NCBI GenBank assembly: GCA_041662125.1
Contig: JBAZTA010000002.1
Span: 140,154 to 204,153 of the forward strand
Direction: 5' to 3'
Length of the DNA stretch: 64,000 nucleotides
Source of the DNA: Candidatus Omnitrophota bacterium
GTDB taxonomy: Bacteria; Omnitrophota; Gorgyraeia; Gygaellales; Profunditerraquicolaceae
Shown here: piece by piece, positions 38,558-48,114 of the stretch
How the letters are laid out: each line of letters opens with the position of its first letter
Numbering within the stretch: the stretch's first letter is position 1
Position numbers and translations under genes: made by a program
The notes under the pieces: model-generated
What the model was told of the DNA's origin: nothing
Database searches by the model: none
The model's input: the letters and a program-made list of their open reading frames with translations, nothing else

Positions 38558-40084
38558 TCATAATTTCTGGTCCAGGCTCCTGTATTGCACGGCTTCCGCG
38601 ATATGCTCGCTGCGTATTATTTCTGCCCCTGCCAGGTCCGCGATGGTGCGGCTGACACGGATCACTTTGTTGTAAGCCCGCGCCGATAATCCCAATTCTG
38701 TCATCGCCAGCCGAAGTAATTCTTTTGCTTCATCTTCCAGGGGACAGTATTTTTTGATCAGTTTTGTGTTCATGCGGGAGTTATAAAAAATCCGGTCGCT
38801 GCAAAACCGTTCTCTTTGTATTGCCCGTGCTTTTTCAACGCGCGCTTTAATGGCCGCGGAAGGCTCTGCCTCTTTGGTGTCGGTTAATTCTTTATATTTT
38901 ACGGCAGGTATTTCAATATGGATATCGATCCTGTCTAAGAGGGGGCCGGAGATCTTGCTTAAGTAATGAGCGATTTTTACGGGGTTACATTTGCAGGGTT
39001 TGTGAGGGTCAGTGTAATATCCGCAGGGGCAGGGGTTCATCGCGCAGGCAAGCATGAAAGAAGCCGGGAAAACAAATGATCTATTGACTCGGGATATGGA
39101 GATCGTTCCGTCTTCGAGAGGCTGCCGTAATGATTCAAGGCAATTCCTGTTGAATTCCGGCAATTCATCCAGGAATAATACGCCTTGATGCGCCAGGCTT
39201 ATTTCACCTGCTTGCGGGGTTGATCCTCCGCCTACAAGCGCCGCGCCTGAGATGGTGTGATGCGGTAAACGGAAAGGGCGCTGAGTAATGATCCCGTCTC
39301 TTATCGGCAAGATACCGGCTATAGAATGTATTTGGGTTATTTCTAAAGCTTCAGGGAGCGTGAGGTCGGGAATGATCGTGGGGATCCTTTGGGCAAGCAT
39401 TGTTTTGCCGCTTCCCGGAGGGCCGATGAAGAGGATGTTATGGCCTCCGGCAACTGCAATTTCGAGAGCTCGTTTTGCGAAATATTGCCCTTTTACTTCT
39501 GAGAAATCTTCCTGATAACGCGCATGATCATGGAATATATCTTTAATATTGATTTTAAAGGGTTGGATCGTTTCAGGATTACTTAAGAATTCCACTGTTT
39601 CCCGTAATGTCCGTAAAGGATAAACATTGATATCGGAAATGACCGCTGCTTCTTTTGCATTCCAAGAGGGGACAATCACGTCTTTTATTTTGGTTTTTGC
39701 TAAGGATATACTGATAGGTAAGATGCCTTTAGTTGGCCTGATTGAACCGTCTAAGGAAAGTTCTCCTAATATGCAGAATCTCTCTAGATTTACGCTGTTA
39801 AGCTGTTCTGATGCAGCCAGGATCCCTAAGGCTATCGCCAGGTCAAATCCTGCGCCTTCTTTTTTGATATCTGAGGGCGCCAGGCTTATCGTGATCCTCT
39901 CTGCCGGCCATTTGAATCCGGAATTCTTGATAGCTGATTTAACGCGTTCTTTGCTTTCTTTTACCGCGGTATCCGCTAACCCGACAATAGCTAATGCCGG
40001 CAGGCCATTTGATATATCTATCTCGATATCAATAGGATACGCTTCTAAACCCCACAAGCTGAAGCTGAATATTTTTGCTACCAT
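38558..40084 (-). CDS. YifB/ComM-family Mg-chelatase-like AAA+ ATPase
   Basis: The N-terminal Lon-like domain is MVAKIFSFSLWGLEAYPIDIEIDIS. Walker A is GPPGSGKTM. The C-terminal ChlI-like domain contains a Cys cluster. Confidence 0.85.
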   Translation of the reverse strand: MVAKIFSFSLWGLEAYPIDIEIDISNGLPALAIVGLADTAVKESKERVKSAIKNSGFKWPAERITISLAPSDIKKEGAGFDLAIALGILAASEQLNSVNLERFCILGELSLDGSIRPTKGILPISISLAKTKIKDVIVPSWNAKEAAVISDINVYPLRTLRETVEFLSNPETIQPFKINIKDIFHDHARYQEDFSEVKGQYFAKRALEIAVAGGHNILFIGPPGSGKTMLAQRIPTIIPDLTLPEALEITQIHSIAGILPIRDGIITQRPFRLPHHTISGAALVGGGSTPQAGEISLAHQGVLFLDELPEFNRNCLESLRQPLEDGTISISRVNRSFVFPASFMLACAMNPCPCGYYTDPHKPCKCNPVKIAHYLSKISGPLLDRIDIHIEIPAVKYKELTDTKEAEPSAAIKARVEKARAIQRERFCSDRIFYNSRMNTKLIKKYCPLEDEAKELLRLAMTELGLSARAYNKVIRVSRTIADLAGAEIIRSEHIAEAVQYRSLDQKL

Positions 40085-40439
40085 GTAACCTCCATAATAA
40101 GGCGTGACTTAAGGAGTTTAAATCAATTTAAGGCGAGGTGTGCGGCAAAACACATGCCTTCACTACTAATAGACGTTTCAAAACGCCAAATCTAACGAAG
40201 ATTTATTGAATTATTTTGTGGTTGTCTCTGTGGAAATAGCAATAGCTTTTCAATCTGGATGCCGCATGAGAAGGGGGGCGTTATCCCGGGTAAAGTATGG
40301 TAATAGATTGAGCCTGAGTTTCAGGAGGGCTAAAGAATTGTTGAGGAGGCCTAAAAGTAATGCTAAACTATTGTTACGTGTAAGGTTGAGATTTTAATAG
40401 AAGATAGTCGGCAGTTGTGAGTGAGCCAAAAGTGTCCCG

Positions 40440-42095
40440 GTGAGGGGGGGAATGGTGAATGTTAAATTTGTTCCGTTATTGTTTATATTAAAGCTTGTAG
40501 CCGTTTGTGTGATTGTTTTAGGGCTGCAATTTGTGTTGCTGTATCCTTTGCATGTTTCAATGGATCTGCCAACAGCGGATGAATCTAACTATATGAGTTT
40601 TGGAAGAAGTTTTGGTTTGGGCTTGAGTAAACTTAATGATATTTCTCAAGCGCCCGCCTATTTACTGCTTTATTCTATATTCACAAGATTTTTTGGGACG
40701 ATCGAGAGCATTTTTTTTATGAAATATTTTTTGACTCTCGGGACAACGGTGATGCTTGTGATTTTTCTTATCTTTTATTTGCGTTCTCTCTTGCTTGCTT
40801 TTTTTCTGTCCTTGCTTTGGGTAGTATCTAGTTACAATATCAAAGCAACGATTATGGTTTATCATTTCGGCGCGCTTGTTTTCTTGGCAGCTTTAATCCT
40901 GAATAAGAGATGTAAGATGTCTGCGGTTATGCTCTTAGTGTTGTGTGTGTTCATCCGACTGGAATATGTCCTTGTTTTAGTCTCCTATCTGGCTTTTCTG
41001 ATCTGGCGTTATATCAAAACTAAAAAGAATAATGCTCTTTTGCCGAAAAAGAGGTTTAAAGATAGCGTTTTGTCATTGAGCATTTCAGCCTTTCTGCTGG
41101 CAGTAGTGATTTTTATGGGCGTTCATATGGCGCGTTGGAATACGAGATCTCGTGGTGCTTGGTGGGCATTTAAGGCTTACTATTCTTTTGCACAGGTGAA
41201 ATCCGGCCGGTTTGACCTAGACCCGTGGTATGATTATAATCTTATTATTGAAAAGGATTTTCCGGGAAGTCAATCGTTGAGGGATGCGGTTTTTATAAAT
41301 CCGGCAGCGTTTATTTCCCATGTTGCAAAAAACGTCACAAATTTGCCTGTAAGCTTCTTAGAGCTTATCTTGCCAGCTGTTATCGTAAAGTGTCGGTATA
41401 CCCATATTATTTTCTGGCTATTTTTTCTCGCAATTCCTATTTTGCTGTTAAGGCGGAAAAACTTTTTTTTACAAGCAAAAGCCATTTTCCTGGAATCCAA
41501 GGATACAACTGTTTTGTGTTTAATGTCTCCCTTGGCGTTAATCCCCAGTTTGATTGTATGCTCATCGGCCCGATATTCAATAATGGCACTGCCCTTGATC
41601 CTTCTTCTTATAGGTGTTGCCTGTAAGGCTTTTGTAAAGTCTCATGGATCAGCGTATGTGAGATTGCTTGTCAACGGGGCCTTGATTGTTTTAATATCGG
41701 TGATTATATCTTTTATCTTGATCATGCCTAAACCTTTTAGGCCACATAATCCATTGAGGCCTATTTACGAAAAAGTTTTAAGGGTGAGAAAGATTTGGCC
41801 GGCTAAAAAGGCAAAATTATTAGGGGCTAGCTCATATTTTTACTGTAATTATATCGGCAGGGGGGATAGATGTGTCCCGCTCCTTCTTTTGGCTACTGAA
41901 GGAGGAGGCGATATTAAGCCGGGTTTGGTCAATCTATATGATATGATATCTCTGTGTAACCCGGACGTCGTAATGATCAATAAAAGATTGCTTAATTCAA
42001 AGAATTTTGATCAGTATTCTTTAAAAGCCCTGGATCCTGCAAATTGGACAGCGTATACCGTTAGTAACGATGAGACGCTTTATTTCAAGAAATAA
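40440..42095 (+). CDS. polytopic integral membrane protein, hypothetical
   Basis: There are more than 10 hydrophobic helices and no catalytic motif was recognised. Confidence 0.5.
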   Translation: MRGGMVNVKFVPLLFILKLVAVCVIVLGLQFVLLYPLHVSMDLPTADESNYMSFGRSFGLGLSKLNDISQAPAYLLLYSIFTRFFGTIESIFFMKYFLTLGTTVMLVIFLIFYLRSLLLAFFLSLLWVVSSYNIKATIMVYHFGALVFLAALILNKRCKMSAVMLLVLCVFIRLEYVLVLVSYLAFLIWRYIKTKKNNALLPKKRFKDSVLSLSISAFLLAVVIFMGVHMARWNTRSRGAWWAFKAYYSFAQVKSGRFDLDPWYDYNLIIEKDFPGSQSLRDAVFINPAAFISHVAKNVTNLPVSFLELILPAVIVKCRYTHIIFWLFFLAIPILLLRRKNFFLQAKAIFLESKDTTVLCLMSPLALIPSLIVCSSARYSIMALPLILLLIGVACKAFVKSHGSAYVRLLVNGALIVLISVIISFILIMPKPFRPHNPLRPIYEKVLRVRKIWPAKKAKLLGASSYFYCNYIGRGDRCVPLLLLATEGGGDIKPGLVNLYDMISLCNPDVVMINKRLLNSKNFDQYSLKALDPANWTAYTVSNDETLYFKK

Positions 42096-42158
42096 AGGAG
42101 TTGTTATTGCCTGCGCTAGCCCGGAGGGCTAATATCTTCTGGTGGGTCGGGAAAGAAC

Positions 42159-42186
42159 TTGCTTTTTCCGGTGTCTGGTATATAAT
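42159..42186 (+). promoter_or_regulatory. sigma70-like promoter candidate (TTGCTT-16-TATAAT)
   Basis: cttgctttttccggtgtctggtatataat lies about 35 nt upstream of the 42220 ATG. Confidence 0.4.
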
Positions 42187-42219
42187 TATACAATGTGCTA
42201 AAGCATGTAAGGAGCTTTC

Positions 42220-42855
42220 ATGAAGCATCTAAAAATTATTTTTATAGCTTTTTTGATCGGCATAACCATATTTACTGTTTATATGTATATTGCTTCACTA
42301 CAGGAAAAATATGATATGCTCACTACACTTGAGAAAATAAAGGTTGAAGTCGTTTCTTTGAAAAATGAAAATCAGAACCTTTTAGTTTCTCTGGGGAATG
42401 AAAAAACGCTTAATAATTCTTTAACTGCTGAAAATGCCGGGCTCAAAGAAGAGCTGTTAGCCGGTGAAGAGAAACTGAATAAGCTGGGTGAGGAGTTTCA
42501 GTCAGCGCTTAAGAATATCGAAGAGCTGAATAATGAGGTTGTTGCTTTAAAAGCTGAAAATGTGTCTTTGGCAAACCAGAAAGAAATAATGACCCTCCAG
42601 GTGGCTCAGGTTGCCCAGGAAAAGAAAGATTTAGAAGAAAAAATGGATTCAGTAGTTGAACTCAAGAAGATGATCAGGAATTTAAAAAAGCACGTGCGTA
42701 AAACCACTAAAGAAGTCAAAACATTGGTTAAAATAGAAAAGGTAAAAGCAGCTCAACTGCGCGAGATGCTTGGAAACAACGGTTATATTATCAGGGACGG
42801 AAAACCGACGTTTTCTCCCCGGATTAAGATACAAGTCGAGCCGATCTCACAATAA
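42220..42855 (+). CDS. membrane-anchored coiled-coil protein, hypothetical
   Basis: An N-terminal TM helix is followed by heptad repeats rich in E, K and L. Confidence 0.45.
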   Translation: MKHLKIIFIAFLIGITIFTVYMYIASLQEKYDMLTTLEKIKVEVVSLKNENQNLLVSLGNEKTLNNSLTAENAGLKEELLAGEEKLNKLGEEFQSALKNIEELNNEVVALKAENVSLANQKEIMTLQVAQVAQEKKDLEEKMDSVVELKKMIRNLKKHVRKTTKEVKTLVKIEKVKAAQLREMLGNNGYIIRDGKPTFSPRIKIQVEPISQ

Positions 42856-42865
42856 AATCATAGCT

Positions 42866-43318
42866 ATGGACAACATTTTTACCCAGTTTTACCATAACAA
42901 GATCTTGATGGTTACGCTGGTGAGCTGGGTAGCTGCTCAGACCGTCAAAGTCATCATCGGTGTTATTAAAGAAAAGAAATTTGATTTTCGCTGGTTTATA
43001 GGAACTGGCGGGATGCCGTCCAGCCACACTGCCGGAGCCTCCTGTTTAGCAACGGCGATCGGTTTATCAGAAGGGTTTAATAGTGTTGATTTCGCGCTCG
43101 CCGCGTCATTTGCGATCGTGGTCATGTTTGACGCTCAGGGGGTCAGGCGTTCTGCCGGCAAACAGGCGTCGATTTTAAATAAGATAATGGAAGACATATA
43201 TTGGCAAGGCAAGATCCAGGAAGGGCGGCTGCGGGAATTAGTCGGCCACACTCCTATTGAAGTTATCGGCGGATTCTTGTTGGGAGTTGTCATAGCGATT
43301 ACCGCGCAACTGATTTAA
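42866..43318 (+). CDS. divergent PAP2 / DUF212 (YuiD-like) membrane protein
   Basis: The family hallmarks FIGTGGMPSSHTAGASCLATAIGL and VVMFDAQGVRRSAGKQA are present. Confidence 0.6.
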   Translation: MDNIFTQFYHNKILMVTLVSWVAAQTVKVIIGVIKEKKFDFRWFIGTGGMPSSHTAGASCLATAIGLSEGFNSVDFALAASFAIVVMFDAQGVRRSAGKQASILNKIMEDIYWQGKIQEGRLRELVGHTPIEVIGGFLLGVVIAITAQLI

Positions 43319-43319
43319 G

Positions 43320-43560
43320 TGATGTAACACCCCGCGCTAAGAGGCACCCAGCCTAATTGGTGTGGCTGGGTGTGCGGCTTTCTGCCGTAAATTGCGCGGG
43401 CACTTGCCTTAATTGGATAGGCAAGTACGCCGCTTTCTGCGGCGTGTTTCACTTACTGTGAACACCCCACGCTAATTGGAATTGCGTGGGTATGCGCCTT
43501 TCTGCTTACACCCGGCGCTTATAGGTATTGCGCCGGTGTTTCACTTACTGCGAAAGGAGT
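43320..43560. repeat. array of 4 degenerate tandem repeats of about 55-65 nt, each a hairpin with a conserved TAATTGG-like loop and a GCTTTCTGC tail
   Basis: The hairpins are cacccagcc-TAATTGGTG-tggctgggtg, gcacttgcc-TTAATTGGATA-ggcaagtac, ccccacgc-TAATTGGAATT-gcgtgggt and acccggcgc-TTATAGGTATT-gcgccggtg. Each is followed by gc(g/c)(g/c)ctttctgc. gtttcacttactg(t/c)gaa occurs twice. Confidence 0.6.
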
Positions 43561-43565
43561 CATAG

Positions 43566-44372
43566 GTGAGAAGAATTCTTGTGATCATAATCCCTCTGGT
43601 TTTAATTATAGCGGTGGTTTTCCTGGTACTTAAAATGAGTTCGCATACCATGCCTCAACAGCTTAAGGGAGGGTCTGTTCCATCGTTACTCAGTCAGGCA
43701 AAAGACCTTGAAGCTCAGGGGAAAATTCTTGAGGCTAAAAACGTATACGTAAAATTGATCGGTGATTTTTCCAGTTCACGCGATATGTCTTCTTGGCAGA
43801 AGAAAGTCGAAGAACTGAATATAAAACTGCTTTTTTCTCCTGAAATCATCCCCCGGACGACCGCGTATGAAATAAAGCCGGGAGATACGCTGAGCAAGAT
43901 CGCTAAAGAATTTAAGACGACCCCTGATCTGATCATTAAAAGTAATAATTTAGCCAATGATCTGATCATTCCCGGGAAAAAACTTAAAGTATGGACCGTC
44001 CGGTTTACGATAATGGTAGATAAATCTCAGAATGTCCTTTTGCTTAAAACTGAAGATGAGATCCTCAAGACCTATACGGTTTCCACCGGGCTTAATAATT
44101 CCACTCCTGTCGGGACGTTTAAGATCATTAATAAATTGCAGAACCCGACATGGTTTAAGGCAGGGGCGGTGGTAGCTCCGGGGAGCGCCGAGAATGTCCT
44201 GGGCACCCGCTGGCTCGGGTTCAATATCCCCGGTTATGGTATTCATGGTACTGTTGAACCGGAGAAACTGGGGCAGCAGGTGACACAAGGGTGTGTGCGG
44301 ATGTTGAATACGGATGTTGAGGAGCTTTACACGATCGTGCCTGTGGATACCGAAGTAACCATCGTTGATTAA
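43566..44372 (+). CDS. LysM-domain L,D-transpeptidase (YkuD family)
   Basis: The ORF has a GTG start with an AAAGGAG SD, a signal anchor, the LysM block GDTLSKIAKEF, and the catalytic GYGIHGT...GCVRM (His/Cys) of L,D-transpeptidases. Confidence 0.75.
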   Translation: MRRILVIIIPLVLIIAVVFLVLKMSSHTMPQQLKGGSVPSLLSQAKDLEAQGKILEAKNVYVKLIGDFSSSRDMSSWQKKVEELNIKLLFSPEIIPRTTAYEIKPGDTLSKIAKEFKTTPDLIIKSNNLANDLIIPGKKLKVWTVRFTIMVDKSQNVLLLKTEDEILKTYTVSTGLNNSTPVGTFKIINKLQNPTWFKAGAVVAPGSAENVLGTRWLGFNIPGYGIHGTVEPEKLGQQVTQGCVRMLNTDVEELYTIVPVDTEVTIVD

Positions 44373-44416
44373 CATCATGAGGGCTTGCATGTTGAGCCGT
44401 CTAACCTTTTAATGTA

Positions 44417-45364
44417 ATGAACCGACTCGAATTCGAAAAACCCATTGTAGAGCTTGAAAAAAAGATACAGGAATTAAAAAGCTTTGTTTCAGATAAAAAG
44501 ATCGATCTATCTTCTGAGGTAAAACGTTTAGAAGAAAAACTGGAATCATTGCGTAAAGAAACCTATAGCCATTTGACTCCGTGGCAGAGGGTCCAGATCG
44601 CCCGTCATCCTCACCGTCCGTATACGCTTGATTATATCGCTTTGATCATGACTGATTTTATTGAGTTGCACGGGGATAGAAGTTTCGCTGACGATAAAGC
44701 GCTGATCGGGGGTTTCGCGAAAATTAATAAGCAGAAGATCATGGTTATGGGCCACCAAAAGGGTAGGGATACCAAAGAAAATTTGAAAAGGAATTTTGGG
44801 TGCGCTCATCCGGAAGGGTATCGTAAGGCGTTGCGTTTGATGCAGATAGCAGATAAGTTCAATCTGCCTATTGTGGTTTTGGTTGATACTCCCGGCGCTT
44901 ATCCAGGAATAGGCGCTGAAGAGCGCGGCCAGGCGCAGGCTATTGCGCTTAACTTGCGGGAAATGACCGTCATATCCGTTCCTATTATTACCATTGTCAT
45001 AGGAGAAGGTGGTTCGGGAGGCGCATTAGGTGTCGGGGTAGCTGATAAGGTTTGTGTTTTTGAGAATGCTTATTATTCAGTTATTTCGCCTGAAGGCTGC
45101 GCTGCGATTTTATGGAAAAGCAGTTCAAAAGCTCCTGAAGCGGCGGCAGCGTTGAAATTGACCGGAGAAGACCTGCTAAAAATGGGTATTATTGATGAAG
45201 TAATTCCTGAGCCGCTGGGAGGGGCGCATCGTGACCCTCAAAAGATGGCAGCGGTTTTAAAAGAAAGAATAGAGAAAAACTTAAAGGAGCTATTGGGGTT
45301 AAAGAAGGAAGAATTGCTCAAGCTCCGGTATCAAAAGTTTCGGAATATCGGTAGTTTCGGATGA
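44417..45364 (+). CDS. accA: acetyl-CoA carboxylase carboxyltransferase subunit alpha
   Basis: [20 protein letters not shown], the RPYTLDYI oxyanion region and GGSGGALG are all present. Confidence 0.9.
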   Translation: MNRLEFEKPIVELEKKIQELKSFVSDKKIDLSSEVKRLEEKLESLRKETYSHLTPWQRVQIARHPHRPYTLDYIALIMTDFIELHGDRSFADDKALIGGFAKINKQKIMVMGHQKGRDTKENLKRNFGCAHPEGYRKALRLMQIADKFNLPIVVLVDTPGAYPGIGAEERGQAQAIALNLREMTVISVPIITIVIGEGGSGGALGVGVADKVCVFENAYYSVISPEGCAAILWKSSSKAPEAAAALKLTGEDLLKMGIIDEVIPEPLGGAHRDPQKMAAVLKERIEKNLKELLGLKKEELLKLRYQKFRNIGSFG

Positions 45365-45876
45365 TAGCGCATGAATTGATATTATTGGGTTTACTGAAAG
45401 AAAGCCCAAAACACGGATATGAGATTAAGAAAGAGATCCGTGATATTTTCGCTCAATTTGCCGGAATCGATCCGAGCTCAATTTATTATCCGTTACGCGT
45501 TTTAGAAGAAAAAGGTTTTATTGTAAAGACTACCGTTAAAACAGGCAGGCGCCCAACGCGGTATGTCTATGAACTTACTCCGAAAGGCCAAAGCCGTTTT
45601 ACCGCGCTTCTTACCAAAAGTTTCCTTGATTTTAAAAGGCCGCAATTCAGTATAGATTTAAGTTTGTATTTTCTTAATTATTTAAAGCCTGGTATGGTCA
45701 AGCGCCGGTTGCAGGCTCGGATGTTTCTTTTACGTAAGCTTTCTGTCGGATTAGGGCAAAAGGTCAAATCTTTAGGAAAAAAGAAGCCGGGTTCGTTGGC
45801 CCGTATTTTAAATCATAACCGGCAGATGGTTGAAGCTGAAGGGCTGTTCTTGGAGAACCTTACAAAAACACTTTAA
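45361..45876 (+). CDS. PadR-family transcriptional regulator
   Basis: [21 protein letters not shown]...[16 protein letters not shown] is the canonical PadR winged helix. The start overlaps the accA stop (ATGA). Confidence 0.75.
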   Translation: MIAHELILLGLLKESPKHGYEIKKEIRDIFAQFAGIDPSSIYYPLRVLEEKGFIVKTTVKTGRRPTRYVYELTPKGQSRFTALLTKSFLDFKRPQFSIDLSLYFLNYLKPGMVKRRLQARMFLLRKLSVGLGQKVKSLGKKKPGSLARILNHNRQMVEAEGLFLENLTKTL

Positions 45877-45902
45877 AAGAGGGCATGCGAAAGGGAGGTC
45901 TG

Positions 45903-46289
45903 ATGGATCGTAAAGCTAAAATACTGGTTATTGATGATGAAGAAGATATTTGCCATTTTTCGAAGTCGATCCTGGAAAAAACGGGAAAGTTCGAAGTGTT
46001 GACTTCGATGAGCCCGTTGCAGGGAATTAATTTAGCAAAGATGCATCAGCCTGATTTGATCCTTTTGGATGTTTTCATGCCTGAAATGGATGGTTCCAAG
46101 GTTGCTGAACAGCTGTTAAAAGAAGAAGTGACCAGGAATATCCCTATTGTATTCTTGACTGCTCTGGTCAAGGAAAATGAATTAGGTTCCGGTACCGGGA
46201 AAATCGGAGGCCGTAGATTTATCCCTAAACCGGTAGCTCCTCAAGAGTTGGTAAGCCAGGTAAAATCAATCTTGAATATAAAAGACTAA
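45903..46289 (+). CDS. stand-alone response regulator receiver
   Basis: KILVIDDEED is present, the phospho-Asp is in LILLDVFMP, and T is in FLTAL. A GGGAGG SD precedes the ATG at 45903. Confidence 0.75.
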   Translation: MDRKAKILVIDDEEDICHFSKSILEKTGKFEVLTSMSPLQGINLAKMHQPDLILLDVFMPEMDGSKVAEQLLKEEVTRNIPIVFLTALVKENELGSGTGKIGGRRFIPKPVAPQELVSQVKSILNIKD

Positions 46290-46317
46290 ACACGTTAACC
46301 CTATGGTACCGTTTTAC

Positions 46318-46346
46318 TTGACAGGGGGTTTTTTTTGTGGTATATA
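46318..46346 (+). promoter_or_regulatory. sigma70-like promoter candidate (TTGACA-17-TATATA) upstream of marR
   Basis: The sequence is ttgacagggggttttttttgtggtatata. Confidence 0.45.
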
Positions 46347-46360
46347 TATTAATATAGTTG

Positions 46361-46381
46361 ATATTTAATGTAGTTAAATAT
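46361..46381. promoter_or_regulatory. palindromic operator candidate ATATTTAA-N5-TTAAATAT between the promoter and the marR start
   Basis: A perfect 8 bp inverted repeat of this kind is typical of MarR-family autoregulatory sites. Confidence 0.4.
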
Positions 46382-46395
46382 TTACAGGGTTAAAT

Positions 46396-46848
46396 ATGAC
46401 TGAAGTTTCTTTGTTGGAATTTGCCGATAAGTTAAATGCTCTTATGCCGGTCATTATGCGGGAATTCGCTAAGCGGCAGGCTAATGAATTGTATAAAGGA
46501 AAGATCACGCTGCCGCAATTTTTGATTTTGGATATTATCCATAAAGAAGGTGAATCAAAGATGACTGATCTGGCTCATCTTATGGATGTTTCTACCGCGG
46601 CAATGACCGGGATCGTTAATCGTTTAGTGAAAGGCGGCTATGTCGTGCGTAAGTATGATGCCCAGGACCGCCGTATTATAAAAGTGATCTTGAGCTCTAA
46701 AGGCAATGAATTGGTAAAGAAAACTTCAGAGCAGCGCCGGCAAATGGCCATTAAAATATTCGGCAAGATATCAGAATCTGACCGGCGGGACCATCTGCGG
46801 ATACTCGGACAGATACGCGATATTCTCCTGCAGGAAAAAGAGGGTTAA
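46396..46848 (+). CDS. MarR-family transcriptional regulator
   Basis: ITLPQFLILDIIHKEGESKMTDLAHLMDVSTAAMTGIVNRLVKGGYV is a MarR wHTH. Confidence 0.8.
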   Translation: MTEVSLLEFADKLNALMPVIMREFAKRQANELYKGKITLPQFLILDIIHKEGESKMTDLAHLMDVSTAAMTGIVNRLVKGGYVVRKYDAQDRRIIKVILSSKGNELVKKTSEQRRQMAIKIFGKISESDRRDHLRILGQIRDILLQEKEG

Positions 46849-46849
46849 A

Positions 46850-48112
46850 ATGAAACTGCGCAGTATCATCATGATCATGGTTTTTGCTATTCTACCGCTG
46901 GGTTTTGGGTATGCAGAAGAGCTTTCTTTGACGATTGATGAAGCGCTTGCCCTTGCCCTGCGTAATAATGCGTCGGTGCTTTTAAAGCAGGAAGATGTGC
47001 AAAAAGCAAAAGCATCGATCGCCGAGGCTCGCTCCGCTCTCCTGCCGGCTTTGACGGCCAAAGCCAGCTTAAGCGATACTCGCGGCTTGTATGGGAAAGA
47101 TATCAGCCAGGCATCTTCGCAGCTTTCAGTCAAGCAATACCTGTATAAAGGCGGAGCTATCAGCAATACGATAAAACAAAATGAATTCTTCTTAGCGGCT
47201 ACTGAGGCCGGATTAGACGCGGCAAAGCAGGAAATAGCCTTGAATGTGAAAAAGGCGTTTTATACGCTTCTTTTCGCCGGAAAATTTGCCGCGCTCAATA
47301 AAAGTATCCTTGAGAATACCCGCGCGCATTACGCAATGGTTAAAGAGCGGTATGCTTTTGGCCAAGCTTCAGAATCGGAAGTCTTAACCATGGAGCAATC
47401 CTTACGCAGTGTCCAGGAAGCATACGATAGCTCGTTAAACGAACTGGATTCAGGCCGGGCGGTATTGAATAATGTTTTGTTTGTCCAGGACGATGTTGTG
47501 ATAACCCTTAGGGGTGAGCTTGGCTGTGAACCGGAAGCCATCGCCTATGATGAAGCATTCTTAAAAGCAATGCGCATGAGGCCTGAGATAAAACAATATG
47601 AGGCGCTGGAAAAAGAATCAGAGAAAGCCATTGAGGTAGCCAAAGCCGATAGCCGTCCCAGTGTGTATGCATCCTGGGATTATTACAGCGCCACGCGTGC
47701 AACCGCCAGCGCTGCCAAGAATAATAATGACTATAACATATTAGGGGTCACGGTTTCCTGGCCGGTATTTGACGGATGGGCGGCAAAAGCAAAAGTCCAG
47801 CGGGCTTTGGTAGATTTAAAACAATCCCGGCTGAGTAAAGAAAAAGTGATCAAAGATATCCGTTTAGAAGTCAAAAATGCCTATTTGGGATTAAAAAATT
47901 CCCTTTCGTTCATGCAGCTGATGCAGTCGCAGGTCGTGGTATATCAAGATACTCTTTTAACAATTCAGGATAAGTCTAAGGCAGGAATTGCCAGTACGTT
48001 AGATTTAAATGATGCTTCTTTGGGATATCAAATATCTTTGTTTAACCAGGAACAATCAATGTATGATTATATTATTGCCAAAGCGCGGTTTGATTTGGCA
48101 GTGGGAGGTTAA
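46850..48112 (+). CDS. TolC-like outer-membrane efflux protein
   Basis: A signal peptide is followed by LTIDEALALALRNN and the two-repeat OEP architecture. Confidence 0.8.
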   Translation: MKLRSIIMIMVFAILPLGFGYAEELSLTIDEALALALRNNASVLLKQEDVQKAKASIAEARSALLPALTAKASLSDTRGLYGKDISQASSQLSVKQYLYKGGAISNTIKQNEFFLAATEAGLDAAKQEIALNVKKAFYTLLFAGKFAALNKSILENTRAHYAMVKERYAFGQASESEVLTMEQSLRSVQEAYDSSLNELDSGRAVLNNVLFVQDDVVITLRGELGCEPEAIAYDEAFLKAMRMRPEIKQYEALEKESEKAIEVAKADSRPSVYASWDYYSATRATASAAKNNNDYNILGVTVSWPVFDGWAAKAKVQRALVDLKQSRLSKEKVIKDIRLEVKNAYLGLKNSLSFMQLMQSQVVVYQDTLLTIQDKSKAGIASTLDLNDASLGYQISLFNQEQSMYDYIIAKARFDLAVGG

Positions 48113-48114
48113 GA

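Noticed and set aside
39288-40088. Plus-strand ORFs 39288-39515 and 39627-40088.
   Set aside because: They are antisense to the well-supported yifB/comM gene and have no recognisable domains.
40206-40397. A 63 aa ORF in the yifB to membrane-gene intergenic region.
   Set aside because: It has an Arg/Leu-rich low-complexity translation and no SD. The region is kept only as a possible non-coding interval.
43320-43560. Possibility that the hairpin array is a CRISPR array.
   Set aside because: The repeats are not identical and there are no unique spacers of regular length. No cas genes are nearby. The units differ in the stems and not in intervening spacers.
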